Counted from the stretch's first letter, positions 40,386 to 54,640 are shown. The stretch is DNA of 64,000 nucleotides from Octopus vulgaris (GCA_951406725.2 OX597821.1:87792001-87856000); one strand, 5' to 3'. The notes: generated by a model from the sequence alone, not told the origin. Numbers and translations: made by a program.

Positions 40386-41106
40386 ACACCTACTTCCTCT
40401 CTTCACTCCTACCCATATATTCCAAGTAGGACTTGGAGTTGTATGGCGTATGCCACACGAATGATTTCGGACTTAAGTCTATGATACTATATACTTTACG
40501 GTTACGGTGCAGGAGAATTCGAGGACAGGATGGAAAGATTAGACGAAAGAGAGGAAGGAGTCTAGTTGCTCGCAAGAGAGCGAGGTCGCACCGATACAGC
40601 CATCAATATAACGACCGTATAGTTCGGGAGTGGGACCAGTGAATCTTGAAAATATTTTTACCTCAAGTGTCTGGTTGTCCACTGGCATAATTTGAGCCTC
40701 GGTTCGATGGCGTTTTTATGCACAGATTCCACAGAGAGAAATCGTTAAGTTCGTGGCAAAATGATGCAGTAAATACCTTTCCCATTCCAGTGTATAGGGG
40801 CGTCTTAAAAATAAGGGAAGCTGGCTTTTATGCATATACGATCTACTATATATTTCCCACAACTGTTTGAAATAAAGAGTCACCAACCGTCGTATGATTA
40901 TTAAGAGCAACCTATTATTTTCAGCTTTTACTTTTCTCTTTATATATGGCTCTGACACGCACTGACATGTGCACGTGCGCATGCAGATATTTGCATATAT
41001 TTGAGTATATCTATGTATGCATACATTTACGTATCTCTCTCTATATATGTGTGTGTATGTATGTATGTATGTATGTTAACTTTATATGTATATATATATA
41101 TATATA

Positions 41107-41288
41107 GTGAAGAATATTTGCCATTTAAATATGGCTAACCCCTAAGGGTGGATGCTACTGTAGCTTGTTGCCCCAGGATGACACCTCCTCTAGCTGGCTA
41201 TAGACACACTTTCTGTGCCCTATCTGGATGCCTACAATAGCATCCACCCTTAGGGGTTAGCCATATTTAAATGGCAAATATACTTCAC
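41107..41288. repeat. Inverted repeat, 57-bp arms with 2 mismatches, 68-bp spacer
   Basis: Arms at 41107-41163 and 41232-41288. Confidence 0.95.
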
Positions 41289-41347
41289 GATGTGTTGTTG
41301 CAGCTACTGTTTATACCTCGCTCAGAGATTTATTTTTGCTTATATAT

Positions 41348-43971
41348 ACTGAGGGTTTCGAATGTCCTGTCCGTGTTTATTGTGTCGTCTTCTAAGAGTT
41401 ATACGTTCTTGTCCATGTTGTATTTTTCTACATACCTTAACATATATTCCAGGCGCCCCGTACCCCCTTAACATTTATGTGAGCACATATTCTTAATAAT
41501 TGGTACGACTCTCTGTTTGTCTCTCTCTCTCTCTCATTTTTACTTGATCTGTCCCCCTCTCTCTCTTTTTCTCTACTCATCCTCTTTTTCTCTTCTCTTT
41601 CCTCTGATTCTTTGGTCTAGTCTTCCACTACCCTCCTATTTCTTTGTCTCGCTCTGCACTCACAGGTCATTCTTCGACACCCATCCCTTCTCCTCTCTGA
41701 TTCCTTCTTTCTCTCTCTTCTCTCTCTTTGTTGCGTTTGTCCCTCCTCTCTCTCTCTCTTCCTTTGCTTCTCTTTCTTTTCTTTTTCCCTCTTCTCTGTC
41801 ACGTGACTGTTGGCCGAAATCTGCCTTTCAGCCTCTGACCCTCGTTCTGTTAACATCGCTGTTTTCGTCCGCCACTAATAAAGGCTTTTTCCATTGCGCC
41901 AGAGAAAAAAATTTGTTTGCTTGTTATCAGTCGTAAGACACTGTTGTTTTCACCGTTAATGCTTCTGTATTTCATGTTTCTGTATTCCATTATTGTTTTT
42001 TGTTTTTTTATATCTGTCCCTTTTGCTGTCCTGGTGTTCGTATGCATTCGATCCTTCTTCCAGGAAATCTACGCTTCCAGCTTAGTTTTTCTAATGCTCG
42101 TTGCTTGGTTTTTCTTGGAGGGCTGGCCGTGATCTAGTAATCTCAAGATTAATCAGCCGAAATTACTACGATGATCCGGTTCTTGACTGAAGACTGAGGG
42201 TTTCGAATGTCCTGTCCGTGTTTATTGTGTCGTCTTCTAAGAGTTATACGTTCTTGTCCATGTTGTATTTTTCTACATACCTTAACATATATTCCAGGCG
42301 CCCCGTACCCCCTTAACATTTATGTGAGCACATATTCTTAATAATTGGTACGACTCTCTGTTTGTCTCTCTCTCTCTCTCATTTTTACTTGATCTGTCCC
42401 CCTCTCTCTCTTTTCTCTCTACTCATCCTCTTTTTCTCTTCTCTTTCCTCTGATTCTTTGGTCTAGTCTTCCACTACCCTCCTATTTCTTTGTCTCGCTC
42501 TGCACTCACAGGTCATTCTTCGACACCCATCCCTTCTCCTCTCTGATTCCTTCTTTCTCTCTCTTCTCTCTCTTTGTTGCGTTTGTCCCTCCTCTCTCTC
42601 TCTCTTCCTTTGCTTCTCTTTCTTTTCTTTTCCCTCTTCTCTGTCACGTGACTGTTGGCCGAAATCTGCCTTTCAGCCTCTGACCCTCGTTCTGTTAACA
42701 TCGCTGTTTTCGTCCGCCACTATAAAGGCTTTTTCCATTGCGCCAGAAAAAAATTTGTTTGCTTGTTATCAGTCGTAAGACACTGTTGTTTTCACCGTTA
42801 ATGCTTCTGTATTTCATGTTTCTGTATTCCATTATTGTTTTTTGTTTTTTTATATCTGTCCCTTTTGCTGTCCTGGTGTTCGTATGCATTCGATCCTTCT
42901 TCCAGGAAATCTACGCTTCCAGCTTAGTTTTTCTAATGCTCGTTGCTTGGTTTTTCTTGGAGGGCTGGCCGTGATCTAGTAATCTCAAGATTAATCAGCC
43001 GAAATTACTACGATGATCCGGTTCTTGACTGAAGACTGAGGGTTTCGAATGTCCTGTCCGTGTTTATTGTGTCGTCTTCTAAGAGTTATACGTTCTTGTC
43101 CATGTTGTATTTTTCTACATACCTTAACATATATTCCAGGCGCCCCGTACCCCCCTTAACATTTATGTGAGCACATATTCTTAATAATTGGTACGACTCT
43201 CTGTTTGTCTCTCTCTCTCTCTCATTTTTACTTGATCTGTCCCCCTCTCTCTCTTTTTCTCTCTACTCATCCTCTTTTTCTCTTCTCTTTCCTCTGATTC
43301 TTTGGTCTAGTCTTCCACTACCCTCCTATTTCTTTGTCTCGCTCTGCACTCACAGGTCATTCTTCGACACCCATCCCTTCTCCTCTCTGATTCCTTCTTT
43401 CTCTCTCTTCTCTCTCTTTGTTGCGTTTGTCCCTCCTCTCTCTCTCTCTTCCTTTGCTTCTCTTTCTTTTCTTTTCCCTCTTCTCTGTCACGTGACTGTT
43501 GGCCGAAATCTGCCTTTCAGCCTCTGACCCTCGTTCTGTTAACATCGCTGTTTTCGTCCGCCACTATAAAGGCTTTTTCCATTGCGCCAGAGAAAAAAAT
43601 TTGTTTGCTTGTTATCAGTCGTAAGACACTGTTGTTTTCACCGTTAATGCTTCTGTATTTCATGTTTCTGTATTCCATTATTGTTTTTTGTTTTTTTATA
43701 TCTGTCCCTTTTGCTGTCCTGGTGTTCGTATGCATTCGATCCTTCTTCCAGGAAATCTACGCTTCCAGCTTAGTTTTTCTAATGCTCGTTGCTTGGTTTT
43801 TCTTGGAGGGCTGGCCGTGATCTAGTAATCTCAAGATTAATCAGCCGAAATTACTACGATGATCCGGTTCTTGACTGAAGACTGAGGGTTTCGAATGTCC
43901 TGTCCGTGTTTATTGTGTCGTCTTCTAAGAGTTATACGTTCTTGTCCATGTTGTATTTTTCTACATACCTT

Positions 43972-43980
<9 letters not shown>
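41348..43980. repeat. Tandem ~845-bp unit x3 plus ~95-bp partial fourth copy
   Basis: ACTGAGGGTTTCGAATG starts at 41348, 42193, 43035 and 43881. The differences noticed were small indels. Confidence 0.95.
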
Positions 43981-44049
<69 letters not shown>

Positions 44050-44655
44050 TAAGTGTGTATGTATATACATACAATTGTGTGTAAATATTACTATTGTTCC
44101 GGACGGGGTCTGTCATTCTGCTCAGCAACATCAACTTTGATTCTCAGGGGATGTGGGTAAAACAGTGGTTCAATGACGATGATAGCAGAACCACCACCGC
44201 CACCTCCACTGCCGCTACTGTCGCACCCCGTCCCCACCAACAACATTGCCGCCGCCGCTGTCGCTGTCCTGCCAACCGCGCCCAAACTGCTATCATTGTC
44301 ATCACTATTAACGTCACCATCATCTTCAGTAGCAGCAGCAGCAGCATTTTCGTTCTTGTTTCTCATGTTGGGGGCTTAGTGCTCTGAGTAGGAGACCAAT
44401 GGTTAAAGGTACTGCAAATATGACACTCAAGTCTCATTGTATTTCTAGGTCTATCCTTGTCCAATCAAGCATCGTTGTTTTTCTTTTTAAAACGGTAGAA
44501 CGTGACTTCAGAGAAATTTTGCGGCTACATGTATGAAGTTGAGTCATCAAAAGAACTTCCCCTGTAAGCTTGTTTTATGTATTGTTAATACGGGAGGTTA
44601 CTGAGTCAACAGATACATAGTTTGATGTCAGCCTTGATAGACTATGCCTATGAGC

Positions 44656-44703
<48 letters not shown>

Positions 44704-44705
<2 letters not shown>

Positions 44706-44935
44706 TTTTATTCTTTTAATTGTTTCAGGTATTTGGTTGCGGCCATGCTGGAGAACCGTCTTTAGTCGAACAAATTGTCCCCAGGACATATTTTTAGTAA
44801 GCCTAGTACTTATTCTATCGGTCGCTTTTTGCCGAATGGCTAGTTACGGGGACGTAAACACACCAATATCGGTTGTCAAGTAATGGTGGTGAGGACGAAC
44901 ACAGACACACACACATAAATATATATACATATATA
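44704..44935 (-). mobile_element. SINE family A, 3' half
   Basis: Homologous to other copies. Confidence 0.8.
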
Positions 44936-45120
44936 TGTTGTCGACTGCACATGCTCAGTGTATGCGTTTTATTCGCCAGTTCACTGCGGTATGGATCGCC
45001 ATGGCATACCAGCAGATGGTTCTTACACGACTTCTGTACAGCCATAGACTAGCGATTCAGTTAATCTCCGGTGAACAAGCGAAACACCTACATTATATCA
45101 TTCGATAATGTTTACAACAC

Positions 45121-45526
45121 AAGGCGGCAAGCTGGCAGAAACGTTAGCACGCGGGATGAAATGCTTAGCGGTATTTCGTCTGCCGTTACGCTCTGAGTTC
45201 AAATTCCGCCGAGGTCGACTTTGCCTTTTATCCTTTCGGGGTCGATTAAATAAGTACCAGTTACGCCCTGGGGTCGATGTAATCGACTTAATACCTATGT
45301 CTGTCCTTGTTTGTCCCCTCTATGTTTAGCCCTTTGTGGATAATAAAGAAATAGGTAATTCGTCTGTCGTTACGTTCTGAGTTCAAATTCCGCCGACGCC
45401 AACTTTGCCTTTCATCCTTTCGGGATCGATATAGTAAGTACAAGTTGCGTATTGGGAGTTGATCTAATTGACTGCACCCCCCCCCCCGCCAAAATAATTT
45501 CGGGCCTTGTATCTAGAGTAGGAAAG
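45121..45526 (+). mobile_element. SINE family B, dimeric form
   Basis: 17-bp TSD GATAATGTTTACAACAC at 45104-45120 and 45527-45543 brackets head+body+tail1+body+tail2. Confidence 0.9.
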
Positions 45527-45831
45527 GATAATGTTTACAACACTTCGGCAATTTTTGATTCATAATTGGATACGATGGATTCTCTCATCGAAGACGACGA
45601 CATATGAGCGTTCAGCTGTTGGCGAAGGACCTGCACAATTGATTTGTTCATAGGGATTAGATGTAGGAGCTGCACGTTAGCTCACTCCCTCTATAAAATC
45701 GAAGTTTCCTGAACAGGTGCGCAGTGTACCACACGTCTGGTGTCAAAGTAATCGCAGAGCAACGTGAGATGTTTTGCTCAAGAACACTACGCACTTTCGA
45801 GATTGTTAGGCTATGCGTTCTCGCGGATATA

Positions 45832-45870
<39 letters not shown>

Positions 45871-45877
<7 letters not shown>

Positions 45878-46165
45878 TTGTATCTATGTATGTATGTATG
45901 TATGTATGTATGCATGTATGTATGCATGTACATATGTATGCATGTATGTATGTATGTATGTATGTATGTATGTATGCATGCATGCTGCATGTATGTCTGT
46001 CTGTATGTATGTATGTATGTATGTACGTGTGTACGTGTGTACGTGTGTGTATATGTGTGTGTATGTATGTATGTATGTACGTATGTACGTATGTACGTGT
46101 GTACGTGTGTATGTGTGTGTATGTATGTATGTGTGTATGTGTGTGTATGTGTGTGTACGTGTGTA

Positions 46166-46196
<31 letters not shown>

Positions 46197-46310
46197 GTGT
46201 ATATGTGTGTGTATGTGTGTATGTGTGTATGTGTGTATGCATGTATGTATGTATGCATGCATGCATGTATGTATGTATGTATGTATGTACGCATGTATGT
46301 ATATGTATAT
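45871..46310. repeat. (TATG/TG)n compound microsatellite
   Basis: Read directly from sequence. Confidence 0.9.
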
Positions 46311-46363
46311 ATACTCACATATACATATATGCATACATATACACAAACATGCACACATACATA

Positions 46364-46727
46364 TACTCTTTACTCTTTTACTCTTTTACTTGTTTCAGTA
46401 ATTTGACTGCGGTCATGCTGGAGCACCGCCTTTAGTCGAGCAAATCGACCCCAGGACTTATTCTTTGTAAGCCTAGTACTTATTCTATCAGTCTCTTTTG
46501 TTGAACCGCTAAGTTACGGGGACGTAAACACACTCCATCGGTTGTCAAGCAATGGCGGCGGGGGGGGGGACAAACACAGACACACAAACATATACACATA
46601 TAAATATATACATATACATATATACGACGGGCTTCTTCCAGTTTCCGTCTACCAATTCCCCTCACAAGGATTTGGTCGGCCCGAGGCTATAGTAGAAGAC
46701 ACTTGCCCATGGTGCCACGCAGTGGGA
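46364..46727 (-). mobile_element. SINE family A, 5'-truncated
   Basis: Homologous to other copies. Confidence 0.9.
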
Positions 46728-47342
46728 ATATGTATAAATATGATTACATATTAAACATCATATCGTTTTATTTGTACATATGACTATATGCTCAAATATA
46801 CGCTTACGTATCATGTTACCTGGGGGAGATTTGGCTATTATTTTTAGCATGTCCTGCAAGAGCACATATAAGCAACATCGTTGGAAATAGGAATTATGAT
46901 TTGCTGCCAGTCTTATATTTAACTATCTGCAACAGAATTTGAACCCGGGATCAGTGAATTACTAGTCGAACTCTCAAAATTTACACAGAAACTCAGGCTT
47001 CTAACGCTTGCACACCGCCTTGTCATCATCCCCATTGTCATCACCAACACCACCCACCTTTTCTTTAGTGTTTCTTAGTTTGAGTTTATGCTTGTATCCA
47101 AGTTGAGTGTTTTTTTCTCCTATCAATGTGAAAGCTGTAAATATAAAGAGATGAGAAATGGAAGGTTTCCACATTCGTATGGTCTCTGTTAGAAAATGCG
47201 GAGTGAAAAATGACAAGCTGGAATCGAAATCAGACTGCTCACGTTCACTTAAGTTGTTTGAGCATTTTTTTACTTCGTGACGTCTGACTAAAAATCTTCA
47301 TGGGAAATATATGTATGAGGAATAGAGAAGAGCAACACACAA

Positions 47343-47384
<42 letters not shown>

Positions 47385-47767
47385 ACACACATATATATAT
47401 ATATAAGTATATTTGCACTCACACGTACACTCATACACATAAATACATGTACACACAAAGATACATGTAAAACACATACATAAAGATATATGCATACGCA
47501 CATTCATACCTTTGCACATGGAAGCAAAGACATTCATACATAGCTAAATACAAGCGCAGACATAAACACATATATATATATACACCCACACAGACACACC
47601 ACGACATTCATAAATGCATACATAAGCCTAGATAATAGGTGTATAAATACCTAATCACTTATAAAGACTCACACACAAAGAGACGTGGAGACACAACCAT
47701 GCAAAACACAGACACATAAATACATACATACACATACACAGAGAGACGTAAACAAGGATACATCAAT

Positions 47768-47827
<60 letters not shown>

Positions 47828-48474
47828 ATACACACATACACACATACACAGACGAGGACGCATGCACTCACAAACACTAGCACAAAACTAGACACGTACA
47901 CACACCGACACACGCATAGTAAACTACAGAGGCAGTAAAGAGTTTTAGTATATAAGTATATATAATTGGCTATCCCTTTTCATGTAGTTTCCCTGGGAAG
48001 AAAGCAGCAAGCCCATTGCCTAATAAGCCTCTCATCTTATTTTCAGATATGTGTCTTGTATTTGTGGTTTATACAGTTGATCTTTGTTTAGTGAGGGGTT
48101 ATTAGCAAATCTACTTAAACATTATAGACACATTATGCTTGTACTTGAATAAACAATGGTAACTGTCCTTGCGTATATGTATGCATATGTTTCATATGCG
48201 TATACATATATGTGTGTATGTATGTGTATGACTAAAAATACACACACATGTGCGCCACAAATTTTGGAATCTTCGGCTCCAAGATGTCTTAACAATGACA
48301 AAGAATCTTGGCAGTTGATTCTTAATAGTTTGAACTAGTTGTTCATTCTTGTAATTGTCCTTCTCATTTTGATGACCTTTTCACGTGAGGCACGTATGTG
48401 TACAACATACCATATCTATACGCCTGTGTACATTCAGCAGTAAGTGTACATACACTTTTGTGAGTGTTATATAC

Positions 48475-48527
<53 letters not shown>

Positions 48528-48945
48528 TACATATACATGTACATATTGTACATACACTTTTGTGTTATATACATACATACATATATACATACACACACAC
48601 ACACAAACACATATATATATACACACATACATACACACGTACGTATTGTACGTCTGTGTACGTAAGCGCCAGCATACACAGATACACGTACCACAAACAA
48701 TTGGACATGTGTGTATACGTTTCAATATATACTAACACATTCTGAACAAAACACAGATATTGACATTCATATATATGTATATATGTGTGTGTGTATGTAT
48801 ATATATATATGTATATATTTATATGTGTGTGTGTATATATACATACATATATATATATATATTTATATATACAACTGTGTCTGTGTAAACATACACACAC
48901 ATGCATATATATATATATACATATAAAACATGGGCATATTTATAA

Positions 48946-48990
<45 letters not shown>

Positions 48991-49186
48991 GCAGAGATAG
49001 ATACACAGAGACATATACACAAACATACATTCATACGCACACACGAATCAACACATTTATCTAATTCTCTCAATATGGCCACTAAGTGTCAGACATTCAA
49101 TCGCACATAAATGCATTTATCTTAATCCAATCCATCTTCATTCTTCCGTCATAAGCTTCTCCCTTTCTATCGCCAAATCTAAAACA

Positions 49187-49267
<81 letters not shown>

Positions 49268-50457
49268 ACACACACACGGTAATCAGTTTCATATTTAGTC
49301 GATTTAGATGACTGCATCTTGTTTTTTAGATTGTTGTTGATAGGAGTACAATAACAACAAGAACAACGACAACAACACCATCAAAATCAACAACAACAAC
49401 AACAACAAGAATGATAATAACGATTTCTTTTATTGGTCAGAATTTAACAATAAGAAACCCATTAAGTTGGTGCCGGTATTATTGCTGTTGTTGTTGTTGA
49501 TGCTGTTCAGATTAAAACGACAATTTTGTTCAAATAATCTGATGAATGTGAAATGGGATGGTGGTCACGTGTTGTCGTTATCATTTAAACTGAGGTCAAC
49601 TGCGGTCGAGTAGATCTATGAGCTAAGGCATTCGGGTCGTGACCAATAAAGGTTAGAAAAACCAAAAACAAACAAACAAACAAAAAAAAAAAAAAGAAGC
49701 AAAAAACAAAAAAAAAACTGTTGACAGTTTTTCGTATCCGAAGTTCATGGGGACCAATCAGTATGCCCTTAAGTGGTTCTGTAAATCTATTTTTGATGCT
49801 GCAAGACTTTTGTTCTTGTACACGCTTAGCAAATATAAGGTGAGAATTAGTTCGTGTAATCCGATCTCGATCTTTACATTTGGTCACAATAGCTCAGCGG
49901 GTTAAAAGGATTGCAATGGTCAGCAATCTGTGGGTTTTACATTGGAGTTGTCTTCTCCTAGATGAATTGCCTGACAGGGCCGAGGAGCCGAGCTCCCACT
50001 AATTTGGACTCAAAGTGAGCAAGAGGCGGTCTGAAGGACTCCACTTCTTTATTCTCGCCTTTTCATTTCCCAAGGCACGCACAATGCAGGAAGGATTTGC
50101 GCCTTGAGTTTCTACCATAACATGTTTCTAAATCCATACCTGTGACCCTGACGGCTGCTACTACTTTAGGTCAGAATAAACTTGGAAACAATAGTGGCAA
50201 CGAGGTGATTCCACACACATCAAAACCATGGATCACCCAAACCAGGACCCCGCTACCGGATGCAGTTTAAAGACATTCCTCGAACATGATAGTTCAGTGT
50301 GAATAGACTGCTGTTTCTATTAATTCCTACAAATATGTAAAGGCACATTTGTTGGTTCAAAAGTCAAATTCGAAGATAATGTGTTGCTTTATTATTGTTG
50401 CTGTCTAGGCATCTAAATCTGTTTATGCATTTTTGTTATAAATAGCTGCATATTAAA

Positions 50458-50900
50458 TGGCAGCGAGCTGGCAAAATGGTTACCACGCCGGATAAAATGC
50501 TTTGCGGCATTTTGGCTGTCTTTACAGTCTGAGTTCGAGTTCTGCTGAGGTCGACTTTGCCCTCCATCCTTCCAGGGTCGATAAAATAAATGCCAGTAGA
50601 GCATTGGGGTCGATGAAATCAACTTAACCTCACCACCTGGAACTTTCTGGCCTTGTGTCAAAACTTGATACCAGTAATTACATATTAAAAGGCGGCGAGA
50701 AGGAAGAATCGTTAGCACACCAAGGAAAATGCTTAGCTGTGGTTCTTCCGGCTGTACTTTCTGAGCTCAAATTCCACCGAGGTCGATTTTGAGCATCATT
50801 CTTTCTGGGGCAAATAAAAGGATTATCAGTCAGTTGAGCACCGGGCCCAATGTAATTGACTCGCCACCCATCGCAAAATTTCCGGATTTGTTCCTGAAAT
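50458..50900 (+). mobile_element. Two tandem diverged SINE family B copies (50458-50680, 50690-50900)
   Basis: GGCAGCGAGCTGGCA and GGCGGCGAGA heads, GAGGTCGACTTTGCC bodies. Confidence 0.75.
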
Positions 50901-51289
50901 AATTAGATGTTAGTGCAACATCTTTTAATAAAGTAATCTTTAGTTGGCGTAATCCGATTCCGATCTTTACACTTGGAGATCTGGCCACTTTATTGATTCA
51001 TTTATCGATTTCAAATGGATTTTTGTTAAGCTCGGTGTGAATTTTAATCAAACAGATCTATGACCAAAGACCTTCCAGTCGTGACCATTCCGTCTCTCTT
51101 TCAAACCTGTTGCTGGTAGTGGTAGTGGAGATGTCGTTTCCGTTGTTTTCTTTACACTTAGATGTCTTCGTCACTGTAATACCCCAGGAGTCTAAATTAC
51201 ACCAAAACATTAATGAATAAATATATGTTAAAACTTTTACTTCTTTCAAGCATGACACTACAGCCATGCAGGGGAAACACCTTGTCTAG

Positions 51290-51500
51290 ACACAAGATGT
51301 AAACAAACCAACATCGGTTGTCTATGGATGGTTGGAAATAAACACAAACACAAAATCATAAATCTCTTTCCCACTCTCTCCCTCATGATGAGTTTCTTTG
51401 AGTTTTCGTCTACCACGGCTCCCGTCTATAGTAGAAGACAGTGGTCCAAGGTGCCACGCAATGGGATTGAAACCAAGATGACATTGTTGGGAAGCAAGTC
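51290..51500 (-). mobile_element. SINE family A, degraded
   Basis: CTATAGTAGAAGACA..CCAAGGTGCCACGCAATGGGATTGAA homology. Confidence 0.65.
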
Positions 51501-51681
51501 CATAAATAATGAATCGATAAACAAACAAAGCAACTCCGATAACGGACAGAGTCAACGACTGTTGGAAAGTTTGCAAGAAGCAACTGAAATTTTAGGGGAA
51601 AAATGAGTAGAAATTGAACCAGTGCGTGTGTTATTTAATAAGGCATTAAAACAGAATGACTCTCCCTAGACACAACAATAT

Positions 51682-51761
<80 letters not shown>

Positions 51762-52255
51762 TTACAGATATAGGGTGAAAAATTATTAATTTAATAAAAT
51801 CAAGTCTGGATTTATCAAGATTGGAGGGAGATATGAATCTCACTCGTCTATATATATGTGGATATGCTGATTAGCTTTTATATGTTCCGATGACGCTTGG
51901 TCAGAAATATAAGGGGTAAGTTCTCCTAGCATTTTCAGATTTATGATTATCGAAATATTATATTGAGAAAGGAAATGAGTCTTATGATTCTAATCCAGAA
52001 ACGCGTCCATAATTAATCGAAGACTGTTTGATTTCATTATTTTTCTTTTTTTTTTTTGCCTTGTGTGAGTTACAAATATTGTTGTCTGTGGAGATATTTT
52101 TGTAGAAAATGAATTAGTAGTCTCTCTGTGGAGATATTTTTGTAGAAAATGAATTAGTAGTCCCTTGGCTGCTATCTCTAAAATTTTCGGTACGTGGTCA
52201 AGCTACTTGTTGCTAAACCCTTATTGTTATATATATATATATATATATATATATC

Positions 52256-52666
52256 CATCATCATCGTTTAATGTCCGCTTTCCATGCTAGCATGGGTTGG
52301 ACGACTTGACTGAGGACTGGCGAACCAGATGGCTGCACCAGGCTCCAATCTGATCTGGCAGAGTTTCTACAGCTGGATGCTCTTGCTAACGCCAACCACT
52401 CCGAGAGTGTAGTGAGTGCTTTTATGTGCCACCGGCACGAGGGCCAGTCAGGCGGTACTGGTAACGGCCACACTCAAATGGTGTTTTTTACGTGCCACCT
52501 GCACAGGAGCCAGTCCAGCGGCACTGGCAACGACCTCGCTCGAAATGCTTTTTTCACGTGCCACCGGCACAAATGCCAGTAAAGCTACGCTGGTAACAAT
52601 CACGCTCGAATGGTGCTTTTTACGTGCCACCGGTACGGATTACGTGCCATCGGCATGGATTACGTG
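52256..52666 (-). mobile_element. Retroelement 3' end with (GAT)n tail and internal 66-bp tandem repeat
   Basis: Minus-strand tail GCATGGAAAGCGGACATTAAACGATGATGATG. GTGCCACC recurs at 52426, 52492, 52558 and 52624. Confidence 0.7.
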
Positions 52667-53017
52667 TCACCATATGTATACACGTCGGGCACTTTCACGG
52701 CTTCCGCTTGTTAAATTCATTGACACGACATTCGGTAGCTCGGGACTATGGTAGAAATCACTTAACTGAGGTACTGGGCAAAAGAAATAGCTTACTTAAT
52801 GAAGAATAACAATTGAATGTGAATGTAAATTCAAAGATAACGATGTTATCTGCAACTTCATGGTTCCTACTCTTCTTGTTGCCTATTATCAGGGTCAATC
52901 AAATAAGGACCATTTGAACATTTGGGTCAATCTGATCGACTTACCCCTCCTCAGAAATTGCCGGTCTTGTGCTAAAAACTTGAAAGCAATATTTCATTCA
53001 CACATAAATATATACAA

Positions 53018-53414
53018 CTAGCAGTATCGCCCGGCGTTGCTCGGGTTTGTAAGGGAAATAACTATATAAGCATCTTTAGAGAGTTATAGCCAAAAAATAG
53101 CAAAAAAATGCATTAAAAATGGAAAAAAAATGATGGTAAATTTTTTTTAAATCGTTGACTCATCGTAGACATTTTTAGAGAGTTACTTCCCTTATATAAT
53201 AGCGAAAAAATGCTTTAAAATGGAAAAAAATGATGGTAATTTTTTTTTAAAATCGTAGACTCATCGTAGACGCGCGCCAATACCCAGAAGGGCTCGATAT
53301 GAATCACGACTATAAGATACCCGGTTTTGGTTAAACTGCACTGCAAAATGTGGGAGTAGTTAGGAATCTAAATCGTAGGAGACAGACACACAACTTGACT
53401 TTTATATATAAAGA
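53018..53414 (-). mobile_element. Non-autonomous Helitron
   Basis: A|CTAGCAGTATCGCCCGGCGTTGCTCGGG ... TTTATATATAAAGA|T: TC/CTAG ends on the minus strand, hairpin, AT target. Confidence 0.85.
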
Positions 53415-53784
53415 TAGACGCATGCATATTCGTTTAGGCTGTTGATGTTTAATTCAGAAGAATTTTGTTCTCGACTAGATACCGTCTCTTTCTTTATCCA
53501 TTGTTGTGCAATTCGGAAAATACAGACAGGGAAACATTCACGTACACGAACGCACACACAAACATACATACACACACGCGCACGTACAAACACAGAGACT
53601 ACATACGTGTGTGGAAGCGCATGCGCATGTATATGTACGCGATGTATTACTGTTGCATAAACCAATGTGAATTTTAACACCATAATGTACTTTAGAGTAA
53701 ATCAGTTTTCAACCGAGTTGCGTGTGTAAAGTAAATTGAATTCAATACACAGGACGATTAGAAGCATCTGCATTTTGTACAATA

Positions 53785-54066
<282 letters not shown>

Positions 54067-54519
54067 ATGTACAAACTTTAGGCGTGAAGACGAGGAAGAA
54101 AGTACAAAATACATGCATTAAAATGTATTTATTCATAAGAAGCTTCAAGCTATCTCTATTCCGCGTTCCTCACCCACGTGTTTTCGTTCAGGTGACAAAA
54201 TGCTCAACATATCAATTTAGGTCTTCTCATTTTAGACTGGTCCATTCGTGCTAATATAGATACGAAATGCCTGTCTTTCACATATACACATATGTCAGCA
54301 CATATCATATTTCCATATATATGTAAGTACACACATGTGTATGTTCGTGTCTAATGATATTAAAATATATGCATATGTATATATGTATAAATATATATAT
54401 ATGTGTGTGTGTATGTATATATAGATGTATGTATTCATAATTTATATACATACATTTGTATATATACCTTCTATACTTGCATACAAACATTTAGTTCTAA
54501 GTATGTATACATATATGTA

Positions 54520-54640
<121 letters not shown>

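Noticed and set aside
41517-43820. Repeated hydrophobic or charged ORFs in the 845-bp unit
   Set aside because: They arise from CT-rich low complexity, and frames are broken by indels between copies.
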